The translations under genes and the position numbers were made by a program. From NCBI GenBank assembly GCA_045541975.1, contig JAZQKB010000037.1, positions 142,326 to 206,325 on the forward strand: a stretch of DNA of 64,000 nt, read 5' to 3'. Positions 37,058 to 45,617 of this stretch are shown piece by piece. Positions within the stretch are counted from its first letter, which is position 1. Each line of letters opens with the position of its first letter. Source of the stretch: Clostridia bacterium. Lineage in GTDB: Bacteria > Bacillota > Clostridia > UMGS1840. Under the pieces are notes generated by a model. It did not search any database and was not told where the DNA came from. It worked only from the letters and a program-made list of their open reading frames with translations.

Positions 37058-37714
37058 ATGGAATATAATGAACAGTTAATTAAAGAAGTCACCAGGCAGG
37101 TAATGGCAGCAATTCAGAATGCTGAAGCAATGCCGGAACCAGTGAAGACCGTTTCTTCCTCCAACGGAAAACGGCTACAGATTACTGAAGAAGGCGATGC
37201 TCCCAAAGGTGTGAGCCCTTCTGAAGTAGTAATCGGGCTCGGTGCTTCCTTTTCTAAAGATATGTTTGAAACCATGTCGGGTGTGAGCCATTATGATTTG
37301 GTCCGTGAAATTGCAGCAGGGGTTGAAGAAGAGGGGATGACTCCTCGATTCATCCGTGTGTATCATACATCGGATGTTGCCTTTATCGCTTTGACTGCGG
37401 CAAAATACTCCGGTTCCGGCATCGGTGTGGGTATTCAGTCCAAAGGAACCACCACCATTCATCAGAAGGATTTATTCCCGCTGACGAATCTGGAACTGTT
37501 TCCCCAGGCACCGCTGATTACGTTGGAAATTTACCGTAAAATCGGTAAAAACGCAGCACGTTATGCCAAAGGTCAGTCTCCGGAGCCAATCAGCGTGATG
37601 AATGACTGTATGGTGCGTCCGAAATTCCAGGCGAAAGCGGCTTTGCTTCACATTAAGGAAACCGAAAATGTGGTAGATAAGAAACCGCCTGTCGCATTAA
37701 AAATTGAATTTTAA
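37058..37714 (+). CDS. pduD: Diol dehydratase medium subunit
   Basis: The core GVGIQSKGTTTIHQKDLFPLTNLELFPQAPL is typical. The N-terminus MEYNEQLIKEVTRQVMAAIQ parallels the Salmonella PduD targeting peptide, so I prefer ATG 37058 to TTG 37031. Confidence 0.92.
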   Translation: MEYNEQLIKEVTRQVMAAIQNAEAMPEPVKTVSSSNGKRLQITEEGDAPKGVSPSEVVIGLGASFSKDMFETMSGVSHYDLVREIAAGVEEEGMTPRFIRVYHTSDVAFIALTAAKYSGSGIGVGIQSKGTTTIHQKDLFPLTNLELFPQAPLITLEIYRKIGKNAARYAKGQSPEPISVMNDCMVRPKFQAKAALLHIKETENVVDKKPPVALKIEF

Positions 37715-37726
37715 GGGGTGGCAGTG

Positions 37727-38344
37727 ATGGATGTAAATATTTCTGAAATTGTAAAAGCTGTTGCCGAAAAAATTCAGGCAGAAACAGGAAACGGCGGGAT
37801 TTCAAGCAAAGAAATCAATGATATCTTACAAAAGATTGAAACTCCAAAACCGAAAAAAGCAGAGAAAACTCCGGATGAAATTGCGGATGAGTTAACAAAA
37901 AAAGTTCTTCGTGATATGAAGGGCGGCGGTACTTCCTTCAAAAAAGGAACTTACACTTATCCTTTAGCAAAAAATCATCCCGATTTGTTAAAATCCAAAA
38001 CCGGAAAATCTTTTTCTGAAATCACATTTGAAAATCTGATTCAGGGAAAAGTGACTCACGAGGATTTTAAAACTAACCGTGAAACTCTGTTGATGCAAGC
38101 GGAAATTGCCGAAAAAGCCGGCAAAAAACAGTTTGCAGGCAATATGAGAAGAGCAGCAGAATTAACAGCTGTTCCTGATGATGAAGTGCTGAAAATTTAC
38201 GATAAGCTCCGTCCCAATCGGGCAACCAAACGGGAGCTTTTGGATATTGCAGATCACTTAAGAAGCGATTATCAGGCGAATATTACTGCAGCATTCATTG
38301 AAGAAATTGTTGCGGTATACGAAAAGCGAAATATTCTGTTATAG
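37727..38344 (+). CDS. pduE: Diol dehydratase small subunit with extended N-terminus
   Basis: The core YPLAKNHPDLLKSKTGKSFSEITFENL...RAAELTAVPDDEVLKIYDKLRPNRATKRELL is typical. The N-terminal helix is MDVNISEIVKAVAEKIQ. Confidence 0.92.
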   Translation: MDVNISEIVKAVAEKIQAETGNGGISSKEINDILQKIETPKPKKAEKTPDEIADELTKKVLRDMKGGGTSFKKGTYTYPLAKNHPDLLKSKTGKSFSEITFENLIQGKVTHEDFKTNRETLLMQAEIAEKAGKKQFAGNMRRAAELTAVPDDEVLKIYDKLRPNRATKRELLDIADHLRSDYQANITAAFIEEIVAVYEKRNILL

Positions 38345-38371
38345 AGTAGCAAAAAGAAAGGAGAAAAAATC

Positions 38372-40225
38372 ATGGCGATTCGTGACGTTGTTGCTGGTGT
38401 TGACATCGGAAACTCCACTACCGAAGCAGTTCTGATGAACATTCGGGACGGCCATTGTGATTTTCTCTCCTATGCGATGATTCCTACTACCGGCGTAAAA
38501 GGAACTCGCGAAAATAAAACCGGTGTGATTGCAGCCTTGAAACAAGGCGCAAAAGATGCCGGACTTAGTCTTTCAGATATCGGTGAGGTGCTGATTAACG
38601 AAGCAACTCCCGTCATCTCCGAATTATCCACCGATGTAATCTCTCAAACCACTATTATCGGCTCTGTAATGATTGGGCACAACCCCGACACTCCCGGCGG
38701 TAACGGTATTGGAGTGGGATTTACCCACGATGTGAGAAGCTTGCATCTTTGCAACCGTAGTGATGACTATATCGCTGTGGTTGATGCCACTGTGGACTTC
38801 GAGGAAGCGGCAAGCTATGTAAACCGTGCTATTGATGACGGAATCTCCGTTACGGGGATGATCTGCAAAAAAGATGATGGTGTGCTGATTGCGAACCGTC
38901 TTAATGTAACTTTGCCCATTGTGGACGAGGTTATGCAGATTGAAAAAATTCCGTTTGGAAAATTAGCAGCGATTGAAGTTGCCTCTGAATCAGGCACTAT
39001 TAAAGTGCTATCCAATCCTTATGGGATTGCAGGAATTTTCAAATTGACGCCGGAGGAAACCAAAAGCGTCATCCCAATTTCCAAGAGTTTAATCGGACTT
39101 CGGTCCGGCGTTGTCATCAACAATGATGAAGGCGGCGTTAAAACTCAGGAAATTCCGGTTGGTAATATTTATATTTACGGAACCGGCGGTGATTTCAGTG
39201 TTCCTGTTTCCCAGGGTGCCGATAAAATAACCGAAACGGTGTTAAAAAGCGGCGATATTTTTGATATTGCCGGTGAAAAAAACACCAATACGGGAAACTC
39301 CTTTGAACGGATTAAACGCCGCATGGCAGATTTAACCGGTCAAATGGCAGATTCCATTAAAATATCCGACCTTTCCGCAACTGATACCTTAGCGCCAATG
39401 AAGGTGTCTGGCGGTTTGGCGAATGAATATGCGATGGAAAGCGTGGTTATGCTTTCTTCCATGGTAAAAACCTCTCATCTTCCTATGAAACAGATTGCCG
39501 ACGTGGTAACCGATGAAATCGGTGTTGACGTTTCGATCATGGGAAAAGAGGCAGATAACGCAATTATCGGTGCGTTAACAACATCAGGTGCAGATACACC
39601 GTTAGCGATTTTAGACTTAGGCGGCGGCTCCACCGATGCTGCTCTGATGGACAAATCCGGCAATATCAAAAGTGTGCATACTGCAGGAGCAGGGGAGATG
39701 GTTACCACCATCATTGACTTAGAACTTGCTCTTTCCGACCGTGACACGGCGGAACTGATTAAGCGGTATCCCTTGGCAAGGGTGGAAACCTTCAATATGC
39801 TTCGCTTTGAAGACCAAACAGTGAAGTTTACAAAAGATCAGTTACCTCCTGAGCTATATAAACGGGTTGTTATTCTCACCGAAGATAAAATGATTCCTAT
39901 CCGGAAAAAGAATCTGACAATGGAGCAGATTGCTGTAATCCGAAAGGAAGCCAAACGAAAAGTATTTGTGCAAAATGCGCTGAAGGCGTTAACCAAAATT
40001 GCTCCTGAAGGAAACTTAAGAAATATTCAGTTTGTGGTTATGGTTGGCGGAAGTGCTTTGGACTTTGAAGTGCCCGACCTCATCAATGAGGCACTCTCAA
40101 AATATAATATTGTGGCAGGACGCGGAAATGTGCTGGGTAAATTCGGACCCCGTGCCGCAGTTGCTGCAGGACTGGTGTTAAGCCAGTATTCCAAACAGAT
40201 GAGATTGGGAGGTGAGAACGTTTGA
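38372..40225 (+). CDS. pduG: Diol dehydratase reactivase large (alpha) subunit
   Basis: It is 617 aa. The N-terminus VAGVDIGNSTTE and the ILDLGGGSTDAA motif (ASKHA fold) are typical of PduG/DdrA. Confidence 0.92.
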   Translation: MAIRDVVAGVDIGNSTTEAVLMNIRDGHCDFLSYAMIPTTGVKGTRENKTGVIAALKQGAKDAGLSLSDIGEVLINEATPVISELSTDVISQTTIIGSVMIGHNPDTPGGNGIGVGFTHDVRSLHLCNRSDDYIAVVDATVDFEEAASYVNRAIDDGISVTGMICKKDDGVLIANRLNVTLPIVDEVMQIEKIPFGKLAAIEVASESGTIKVLSNPYGIAGIFKLTPEETKSVIPISKSLIGLRSGVVINNDEGGVKTQEIPVGNIYIYGTGGDFSVPVSQGADKITETVLKSGDIFDIAGEKNTNTGNSFERIKRRMADLTGQMADSIKISDLSATDTLAPMKVSGGLANEYAMESVVMLSSMVKTSHLPMKQIADVVTDEIGVDVSIMGKEADNAIIGALTTSGADTPLAILDLGGGSTDAALMDKSGNIKSVHTAGAGEMVTTIIDLELALSDRDTAELIKRYPLARVETFNMLRFEDQTVKFTKDQLPPELYKRVVILTEDKMIPIRKKNLTMEQIAVIRKEAKRKVFVQNALKALTKIAPEGNLRNIQFVVMVGGSALDFEVPDLINEALSKYNIVAGRGNVLGKFGPRAAVAAGLVLSQYSKQMRLGGENV

Positions 40226-41172
40226 TATATACCAAAAAAGGAGACGAAGGATATTCCGGAAACTTAAAAAACATCCGCTATCCTAAGGATTACATCTTAT
40301 TTGATTTACTTGGTACCATCGACGAGCTCTCATCTCATTTAGGACTTGCCAAAACAGAATCTATTGAAGTGGTTTGTGATACCATAACAGCTTTGCAAAA
40401 AGAATTTATCCTGCTGATGGGTTTTATTGCAGGCGGTGATCACTTCGATACCAAACAGGCAACCGGCCGGTTAGAAAAACTGATTGATGCCTTTTCGGCA
40501 AAAATCACCCGTGACGGAAAATTCACTATCAGCGGACAGACTAAGGGCGGTGCGCACTTAGATGTGGCTAGAACAGTTGCCCGTCGGGCAGAGCGAGAAG
40601 CGGTAAAAGCCTCCAAACTGTTTTTGGTGAAAAAAGAGGACTTGTCCTACTTTAACAGACTGTCCGATTTGCTCTATGTGTTGGCAAGATATCAGGATCA
40701 GCTCTATGTACCAAAAGATGAAAAAATAATTGTATATGATAAACCAAGCGATGGCACGTTTAACATGAAACTGGCAGAAAAGCTTTGCCAGACAGTAATC
40801 AGCCGTGCCAGAGAAATGGGAGTCAAGGTTGTGTGTGCTGTTTGTGACGGTGGCGGAAACCTGATGACCATGCTCCGTGATGATGATGCCTATATTGCAA
40901 GCATCAATGTTGCACAAAACAAGGCATACACGGCAGTCAGCTTAAAAATGCCCACAGAAACTTTAGCAGGACTTACCAAGCCTGGTGATTCTCTCTATGG
41001 CATCCAGCATCAGGACAGCCGTCTTGTAGTGTTTGGCGGAGGAATCCCCCTCATTATTAATGACGTGATCGTGGGTGGCTTTGGTGTTAGTGGCGGAAGC
41101 TTAGAGCAGGATACCGCACTGGCAGCATATGCGAAAGAAATTTTTGGGAAGTTTACAAACTCGAATGAATAA
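40222..41172 (+). CDS. pduO: PduO-type ATP:cob(I)alamin adenosyltransferase fused to a GlcG/DUF336 domain
   Basis: The N-domain is IYTKKGDEGYS...LYVLARY. The C-domain, VCAVCDGGGNLMTMLRDDDAYIASINVAQNKAYTAV...GGFGVSGGS, is DUF336. TTG 40222 overlaps the pduG stop. Confidence 0.88.
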   Translation: MIYTKKGDEGYSGNLKNIRYPKDYILFDLLGTIDELSSHLGLAKTESIEVVCDTITALQKEFILLMGFIAGGDHFDTKQATGRLEKLIDAFSAKITRDGKFTISGQTKGGAHLDVARTVARRAEREAVKASKLFLVKKEDLSYFNRLSDLLYVLARYQDQLYVPKDEKIIVYDKPSDGTFNMKLAEKLCQTVISRAREMGVKVVCAVCDGGGNLMTMLRDDDAYIASINVAQNKAYTAVSLKMPTETLAGLTKPGDSLYGIQHQDSRLVVFGGGIPLIINDVIVGGFGVSGGSLEQDTALAAYAKEIFGKFTNSNE

Positions 41173-41191
41173 AGGAAAGGATGTGTTCAAA

Positions 41192-42637
41192 ATGAACGAA
41201 CAACAAATTGCAAGCATTGTTGAACAGGTAATTAAAGGAATGGCCGCAAAAGGTGCCGCTCCGAAAGCATCCGGTAAATATAAAGGTGTTTTCTCCACCA
41301 TGGAAGAAGCAATTGAAGCGGCAAAAACAGCCTACAAACTGTTCCGCAGCTATTCTTTGGAACAGAAAGAAAACATGATTACCAAAATCAGAGAAAAAAT
41401 TATGGCAGAAGCCGAAACCATGGCAAAAATGGGCGTGGAAGAAACCGGCATGGGCAGAGTGACTGATAAAATTATCAAACACACTCTGGTTGCTCAGAAA
41501 ACTCCCGGTACTGAAGATCTGCAGCCCAGAGCATACAGCGGTGATACCGGCTTAACTCTGGTAGAAATGGCTCCCTTTGGATTAATCGGAAGTATTACGC
41601 CTACCACCAACCCCTCCGAAACCGTTCTTTGTAACTCCATCGGGATGTTAGCAGCAGGAAACTGTGTAATTTTTAATCCCCATCCGAGAGCAATCAACAC
41701 TTCTAACTATGCAGTTGACTTGATCAACCGTGCAGTATTGGAAGCTGGCGGTCCGGAAAATGTGGTTGTATCTGTAACCAAACCTACTTTAAAAACTGCT
41801 GACGCTATGATTAAATGCCCTGACGTAAAACTGTTAGTGGCAACCGGTGGTCCCGGTGTTGTAAGAACACTGTTATCCTCCGGGAAAAAAGCAATCGGTG
41901 CCGGTGCAGGGAATCCGCCTGTAATTGTTGATGAAACTGCCGACATCAGAAAAGCAGCCAAAGATATCGTTGCAGGTGCAAGCTTTGATAACAACCTGCC
42001 TTGTATCGCTGAAAAAGAATGTTTCGCAGTTGCAAGCATTAAAGATGAGCTGATTCATTATATGACTCAGAACGGCGCGTATCTTTTGACCAAACAGTCT
42101 GATATTGATAAATTGGTAAAAGTTGCGTTAACCGAAGAAGAATGCAAACAGGGTGAAGGTTGCTCCGACAGAGCAAAACGTAAACTGATGCTTAATAAAG
42201 ATTGGGTAGGCAAAGATGCAAATCTCTTCTTAGAAGCAATCGGTATTACCGATGCTCCCAAGGATACCCGTTTGATCATCTGTGAAACCACCGAAGATCA
42301 TCCCTTCGTATCAGAAGAACTGATGATGCCGATTTTACCCATCGTGTCTGTAAAAGATGTAGACGAAGCAATCCGTCTGGGTGTAAAATACGAACACGGC
42401 AACCGTCACAGTGCTCACATGCATTCTAAAAACATTGATAACTTAACCAAATTTGCAAGAGAAGTGGAAACCACAATCTTTGTAAAAAATGCACCTTCCT
42501 ATGCAGGCATTGGTGCAGGCGGAGAAGGACACACCACCTTCACCATTGCAGGTCCTACCGGCGAAGGTATCACCTCCGCAAGAAGCTTCACCCGTCAGAG
42601 AAGATGCGTTCTGGTGGATGGCTTCAGAATCATTTAG
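41192..42637 (+). CDS. pduP: CoA-acylating (propion)aldehyde dehydrogenase
   Basis: It belongs to the EutE/PduP family (TPTTNPSETV, catalytic NNLPCIAEKE). ATG 41192 follows AAAGGAAAGGA. The N-terminal helix is MNEQQIASIVEQVIKGM. Confidence 0.9.
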   Translation: MNEQQIASIVEQVIKGMAAKGAAPKASGKYKGVFSTMEEAIEAAKTAYKLFRSYSLEQKENMITKIREKIMAEAETMAKMGVEETGMGRVTDKIIKHTLVAQKTPGTEDLQPRAYSGDTGLTLVEMAPFGLIGSITPTTNPSETVLCNSIGMLAAGNCVIFNPHPRAINTSNYAVDLINRAVLEAGGPENVVVSVTKPTLKTADAMIKCPDVKLLVATGGPGVVRTLLSSGKKAIGAGAGNPPVIVDETADIRKAAKDIVAGASFDNNLPCIAEKECFAVASIKDELIHYMTQNGAYLLTKQSDIDKLVKVALTEEECKQGEGCSDRAKRKLMLNKDWVGKDANLFLEAIGITDAPKDTRLIICETTEDHPFVSEELMMPILPIVSVKDVDEAIRLGVKYEHGNRHSAHMHSKNIDNLTKFAREVETTIFVKNAPSYAGIGAGGEGHTTFTIAGPTGEGITSARSFTRQRRCVLVDGFRII

Positions 42638-42673
42638 TGAAAAATCTACTATATAGAAATGAGGGTTCGTAAG

Positions 42674-43897
42674 ATGGAAATGAACGAAAAAGCGATTGAA
42701 TCAATCGTAAAACAAGTTTTAACCAACTTAAACGGCGGCTCTGACTGTAGCTGTGGTGGAAACTGTACTTGCGGAAAATCTGCAGGTCCCATCCCCAAAA
42801 CTGCAAAAGCTGCAATGCTCACCTCTTTGGAGCATTATGATATCAAAGAGTTTCCCATTCCCGAGCTTGGTGATGATGATATCTTAGTTAAAGTAGAAGG
42901 CTGTGGTATCTGCGGAACTGATGCTCACGAATTTAAACGTGATCCTTTCGGCTTAATTCCTGTTGTGTTAGGTCATGAAGGCACTGGCGAAATCGTGAAA
43001 ATGGGTAAAAACGTGAAAAAAGACAGCGCTGGCAAAGCTTTAAAATTGGGTGACAAAGTTGTTACCTGTATGATCTTTAAAGATGACCCCAACATCACCA
43101 TGTTTGACTTAAACAAACAGAATGTTGGTGACGGTGCAGATGTTTACGGTTTGATTCCTGATGATGATATTCATCTGAACGGTTGGTTTGCCGATTATAT
43201 GGTAATCAGAGGCGGTTCCACTGTATTTAATGTAAGTGATCTGGACTTAGAAAGCAGAATTTTAATCGAACCTGCTGCAGTTTTAATTCATGCTGTAGAA
43301 CGTGCGAAAACTGTTGGTATCTTAAGATTTAACAGCCGTGTGGTTGTTCAGGGTTGCGGACCGATTGGTCTGTTATGTATTGCAATTCTGCGCACCATGG
43401 GCGTTGAAAACATTGTTGCAGTAGACGGTGAAGAAAAGAGATTGGCTTTCGCCAAAGAAATGGGCGCAACCAAATCTGTAAACTTCAAAAACCATAAAGG
43501 TATTGAAGAATTAACCGAAGCTGTGAAAGATGCATTCGGCGGTTACTATGCTGACTTTGCATTCCAGTGTACCGGTTCTCCCATCGCTCACTCCAACGTA
43601 TACAAATTCGTAAGAAAAGGCGGCGGTTTGTGTGAACTTGGCTTCTTCATCAACGGTGGAGATGCTACCATCAACCCCCACTTTGACATTTGCGCAAAAG
43701 AACTGACTGTTGTTGGTTCCTGGGTATATACCTTACGCGATTATGCAACCACCTTCGATTTCTTAAAAAGAGCTCAGGGTATCGGTTTACCGATTAAAAA
43801 GCTGATTACTCACAAGTATCCGCTTTCCCAGATCAACGAGGCTCATCAGACCAATCTGAAGATGGAAGGCTTAAAAATCGCCATCATCAATGAATAA
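42674..43897 (+). CDS. Zinc-dependent MDR alcohol dehydrogenase with N-terminal targeting-like helix
   Basis: It has GICGTDAHE and VLGHEGTGE catalytic zinc motifs and a GCGPIGL Rossmann motif. The N-terminal extension is MEMNEKAIESIVKQVLTNLNGGSDCSCGGNCTCG. ATG 42674 is 8 nt after GAGGG. Confidence 0.85.
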   Translation: MEMNEKAIESIVKQVLTNLNGGSDCSCGGNCTCGKSAGPIPKTAKAAMLTSLEHYDIKEFPIPELGDDDILVKVEGCGICGTDAHEFKRDPFGLIPVVLGHEGTGEIVKMGKNVKKDSAGKALKLGDKVVTCMIFKDDPNITMFDLNKQNVGDGADVYGLIPDDDIHLNGWFADYMVIRGGSTVFNVSDLDLESRILIEPAAVLIHAVERAKTVGILRFNSRVVVQGCGPIGLLCIAILRTMGVENIVAVDGEEKRLAFAKEMGATKSVNFKNHKGIEELTEAVKDAFGGYYADFAFQCTGSPIAHSNVYKFVRKGGGLCELGFFINGGDATINPHFDICAKELTVVGSWVYTLRDYATTFDFLKRAQGIGLPIKKLITHKYPLSQINEAHQTNLKMEGLKIAIINE

Positions 43898-43930
43898 TCA
43901 GAGTGAATCTGAACATAAGGAGGATTTACA

Positions 43931-44431
43931 ATGAATGCATTGGGAATGGTTGAGGTTTACGGTTTCACCACCGCAATCGTTTGTGCCGATGCTGCAGCAA
44001 AAGCAGCGGCGGTAAACATCATTGCGCTGGATACCACAAAACCTGCCAACGGCGACAGCGCGGAAGTTCCCTTGGTAATGATTGTGAAAATGGAAGGCTC
44101 CGTTTCTGCAGTATCTGCAGGTGTTGCAGCGGCAAAAGCACAGGCGGAACAACGAGGACTCTACATTGTTTCACACATCATTTCCCGTCCGGGTCCTGAC
44201 ATTGAAAAACTTGCATTCTTAAGCAAGGTAGGAAATGAACCAATTGGGAAAAAATCCGTCAAAAAAGAAGTAAAAGAAACAAAAGAAGAACCGGTCAGCG
44301 AAAAAACTCCTGCAGTTACCGAAGCAGAAACTGTAGAAGAAAAACCGGTAGCGAGCGCTCCTAAAAAACGGGGACGTCCCGCAAAAGCGAAACCCGCTGA
44401 AAATCCCGACCAGCAAAAAATCGGGGAATAA
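43931..44431 (+). CDS. BMC-H shell protein with long K/E/P-rich C-terminal tail (PduK-like)
   Basis: It has a single Pfam00936-type BMC domain (ALGMVEVYGFTTAIVCADAAAKAA). A ~75-aa low-complexity tail follows and contains KKRGRPAKAKP. Confidence 0.85.
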   Translation: MNALGMVEVYGFTTAIVCADAAAKAAAVNIIALDTTKPANGDSAEVPLVMIVKMEGSVSAVSAGVAAAKAQAEQRGLYIVSHIISRPGPDIEKLAFLSKVGNEPIGKKSVKKEVKETKEEPVSEKTPAVTEAETVEEKPVASAPKKRGRPAKAKPAENPDQQKIGE

Positions 44432-44483
44432 AATAGTATAATAAAAATTATTATAAAAGGCCAAAGGCCAGGAGGATTTTAAA

Positions 44484-44762
44484 ATGAATTTTGAAGCATT
44501 AGGAATGGTTGAAACCAGAGGTTTAGTAGCTGCAATCGAAGCAGCTGATGCAATGGTAAAAGCAGCTAACGTTACCTTAGTTGGTACCGAAAAAATCGGT
44601 TCCGGTTTAGTAAGCGTTATGGTTAGAGGCGATGTTGGTGCAGTAAAAGCTGCTACCGAAGCTGGATCTCAGGCAGCTGCAAGATTAGGCGAAATCGTTG
44701 CTGTACACGTAATTCCCAGACCCCATGGCGATGTTGAAAAAATCTTACCTGAACTGAAGTAA
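44484..44762 (+). CDS. pduA: BMC-H shell protein, PduA/PduJ type (copy 1)
   Basis: [27 protein letters not shown]...KIGSGLV...[10 protein letters not shown] is the canonical hexamer sequence. It is 92 aa. Confidence 0.93.
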   Translation: MNFEALGMVETRGLVAAIEAADAMVKAANVTLVGTEKIGSGLVSVMVRGDVGAVKAATEAGSQAAARLGEIVAVHVIPRPHGDVEKILPELK

Positions 44763-44846
44763 GATTGATCCTTGACTCTATCGAACGGATGTCTCTCGCT
44801 CCGTTTGGAGTGAGAGATAATCCCGTAGTGAAAGGAGAATGAAAAC

Positions 44847-45119
44847 ATGGAAGCAGTAGGCTTATTGGAAGTGCAGGCTTTGGCTGCCGCAATTGAAGGC
44901 TTAGACGCTATGCTCAAGGCTGCCAACGTGAGACTGGTTCATATTGAACGCCGTCTTGGCGGTCGATTGGTGACCATGGTTGTTGCAGGAACAGTTTCTG
45001 CAGTCACTTCCGCAGTAGAAGCCGGACGGACGGCTGCCGCCCGTATCGGCAATGTGAAATGTTGTGAAGTAATTGCAAGACCTCATAGTGAGGTTACCAA
45101 ATTCTTCACCGATTTCTAA
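44847..45119 (+). CDS. BMC-H shell protein, divergent (Arg-containing pore loop)
   Basis: It has a BMC domain (AVGLLEVQALAAAIEGLDAMLKAANV), but the pore loop is RRLGGRL rather than KIGSGL. It is more GC-rich than its neighbours. Confidence 0.85.
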   Translation: MEAVGLLEVQALAAAIEGLDAMLKAANVRLVHIERRLGGRLVTMVVAGTVSAVTSAVEAGRTAAARIGNVKCCEVIARPHSEVTKFFTDF

Positions 45120-45167
45120 AATCCTATTTCGTAAAAAACAAAAATATAAATTATGGAGGTATTCGTA

Positions 45168-45446
45168 ATGAACTTTGAAGCATTAGGAATGGTTGAAACC
45201 AGAGGTTTAGTAGCTGCAATCGAAGCAGCTGATGCAATGGTAAAAGCAGCTAACGTTACCTTAATCGGTACTGAAAAAATCGGTTCCGGTTTAGTAAGCG
45301 TTATGGTTAGAGGAGACGTTGGTGCAGTAAAATCTGCTACCGAAGCTGGCGCTGAAGCTGCTGCAAGACTGGGCGAAATCGTTGCTGTTCACGTTATTCC
45401 GAGACCGCACGGTGATGTAGAAAAAATTCTGCCCCAGATTAAATAA
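45168..45446 (+). CDS. pduJ: BMC-H shell protein, PduA/PduJ type (copy 2)
   Basis: It shares 86/92 aa with copy 1. ATG 45168 follows GGAGG. Confidence 0.93.
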   Translation: MNFEALGMVETRGLVAAIEAADAMVKAANVTLIGTEKIGSGLVSVMVRGDVGAVKSATEAGAEAAARLGEIVAVHVIPRPHGDVEKILPQIK

Positions 45447-45617
45447 TTGCATAATTAGAAACCAATTGCAGGCGGTACACGGCACATAGCCGTGTGCCGC
45501 AATGCAAAAAAACAAATGGTGATCATAAAGAATCAGTTTGTTCTTTTGGGTTGCACCCTTGAACCTAAACGAATGAACTGAACTCTCATCGTTTTTTCAA
45601 ATGATTTCAGAAAGGTT

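Noticed and set aside
43898-44464. Cys/Arg/Phe-rich ORFs (43898-44152 minus, 43981-44199 plus, 44219-44464 minus) overlapping the PduK-like gene
   Set aside because: They are frame-shifted readings of Ala/Lys/Glu-rich coding sequence (GCN/AAR repeats). The BMC-domain frame is clearly the real one.
44771-44786. CTTGACTCTATCGAAC resembling the island boundary motif CTTGACACGAAC
   Set aside because: The match needs a 4-nt insertion and lies inside a BMC operon spacer with no composition change. It is likely a chance similarity.
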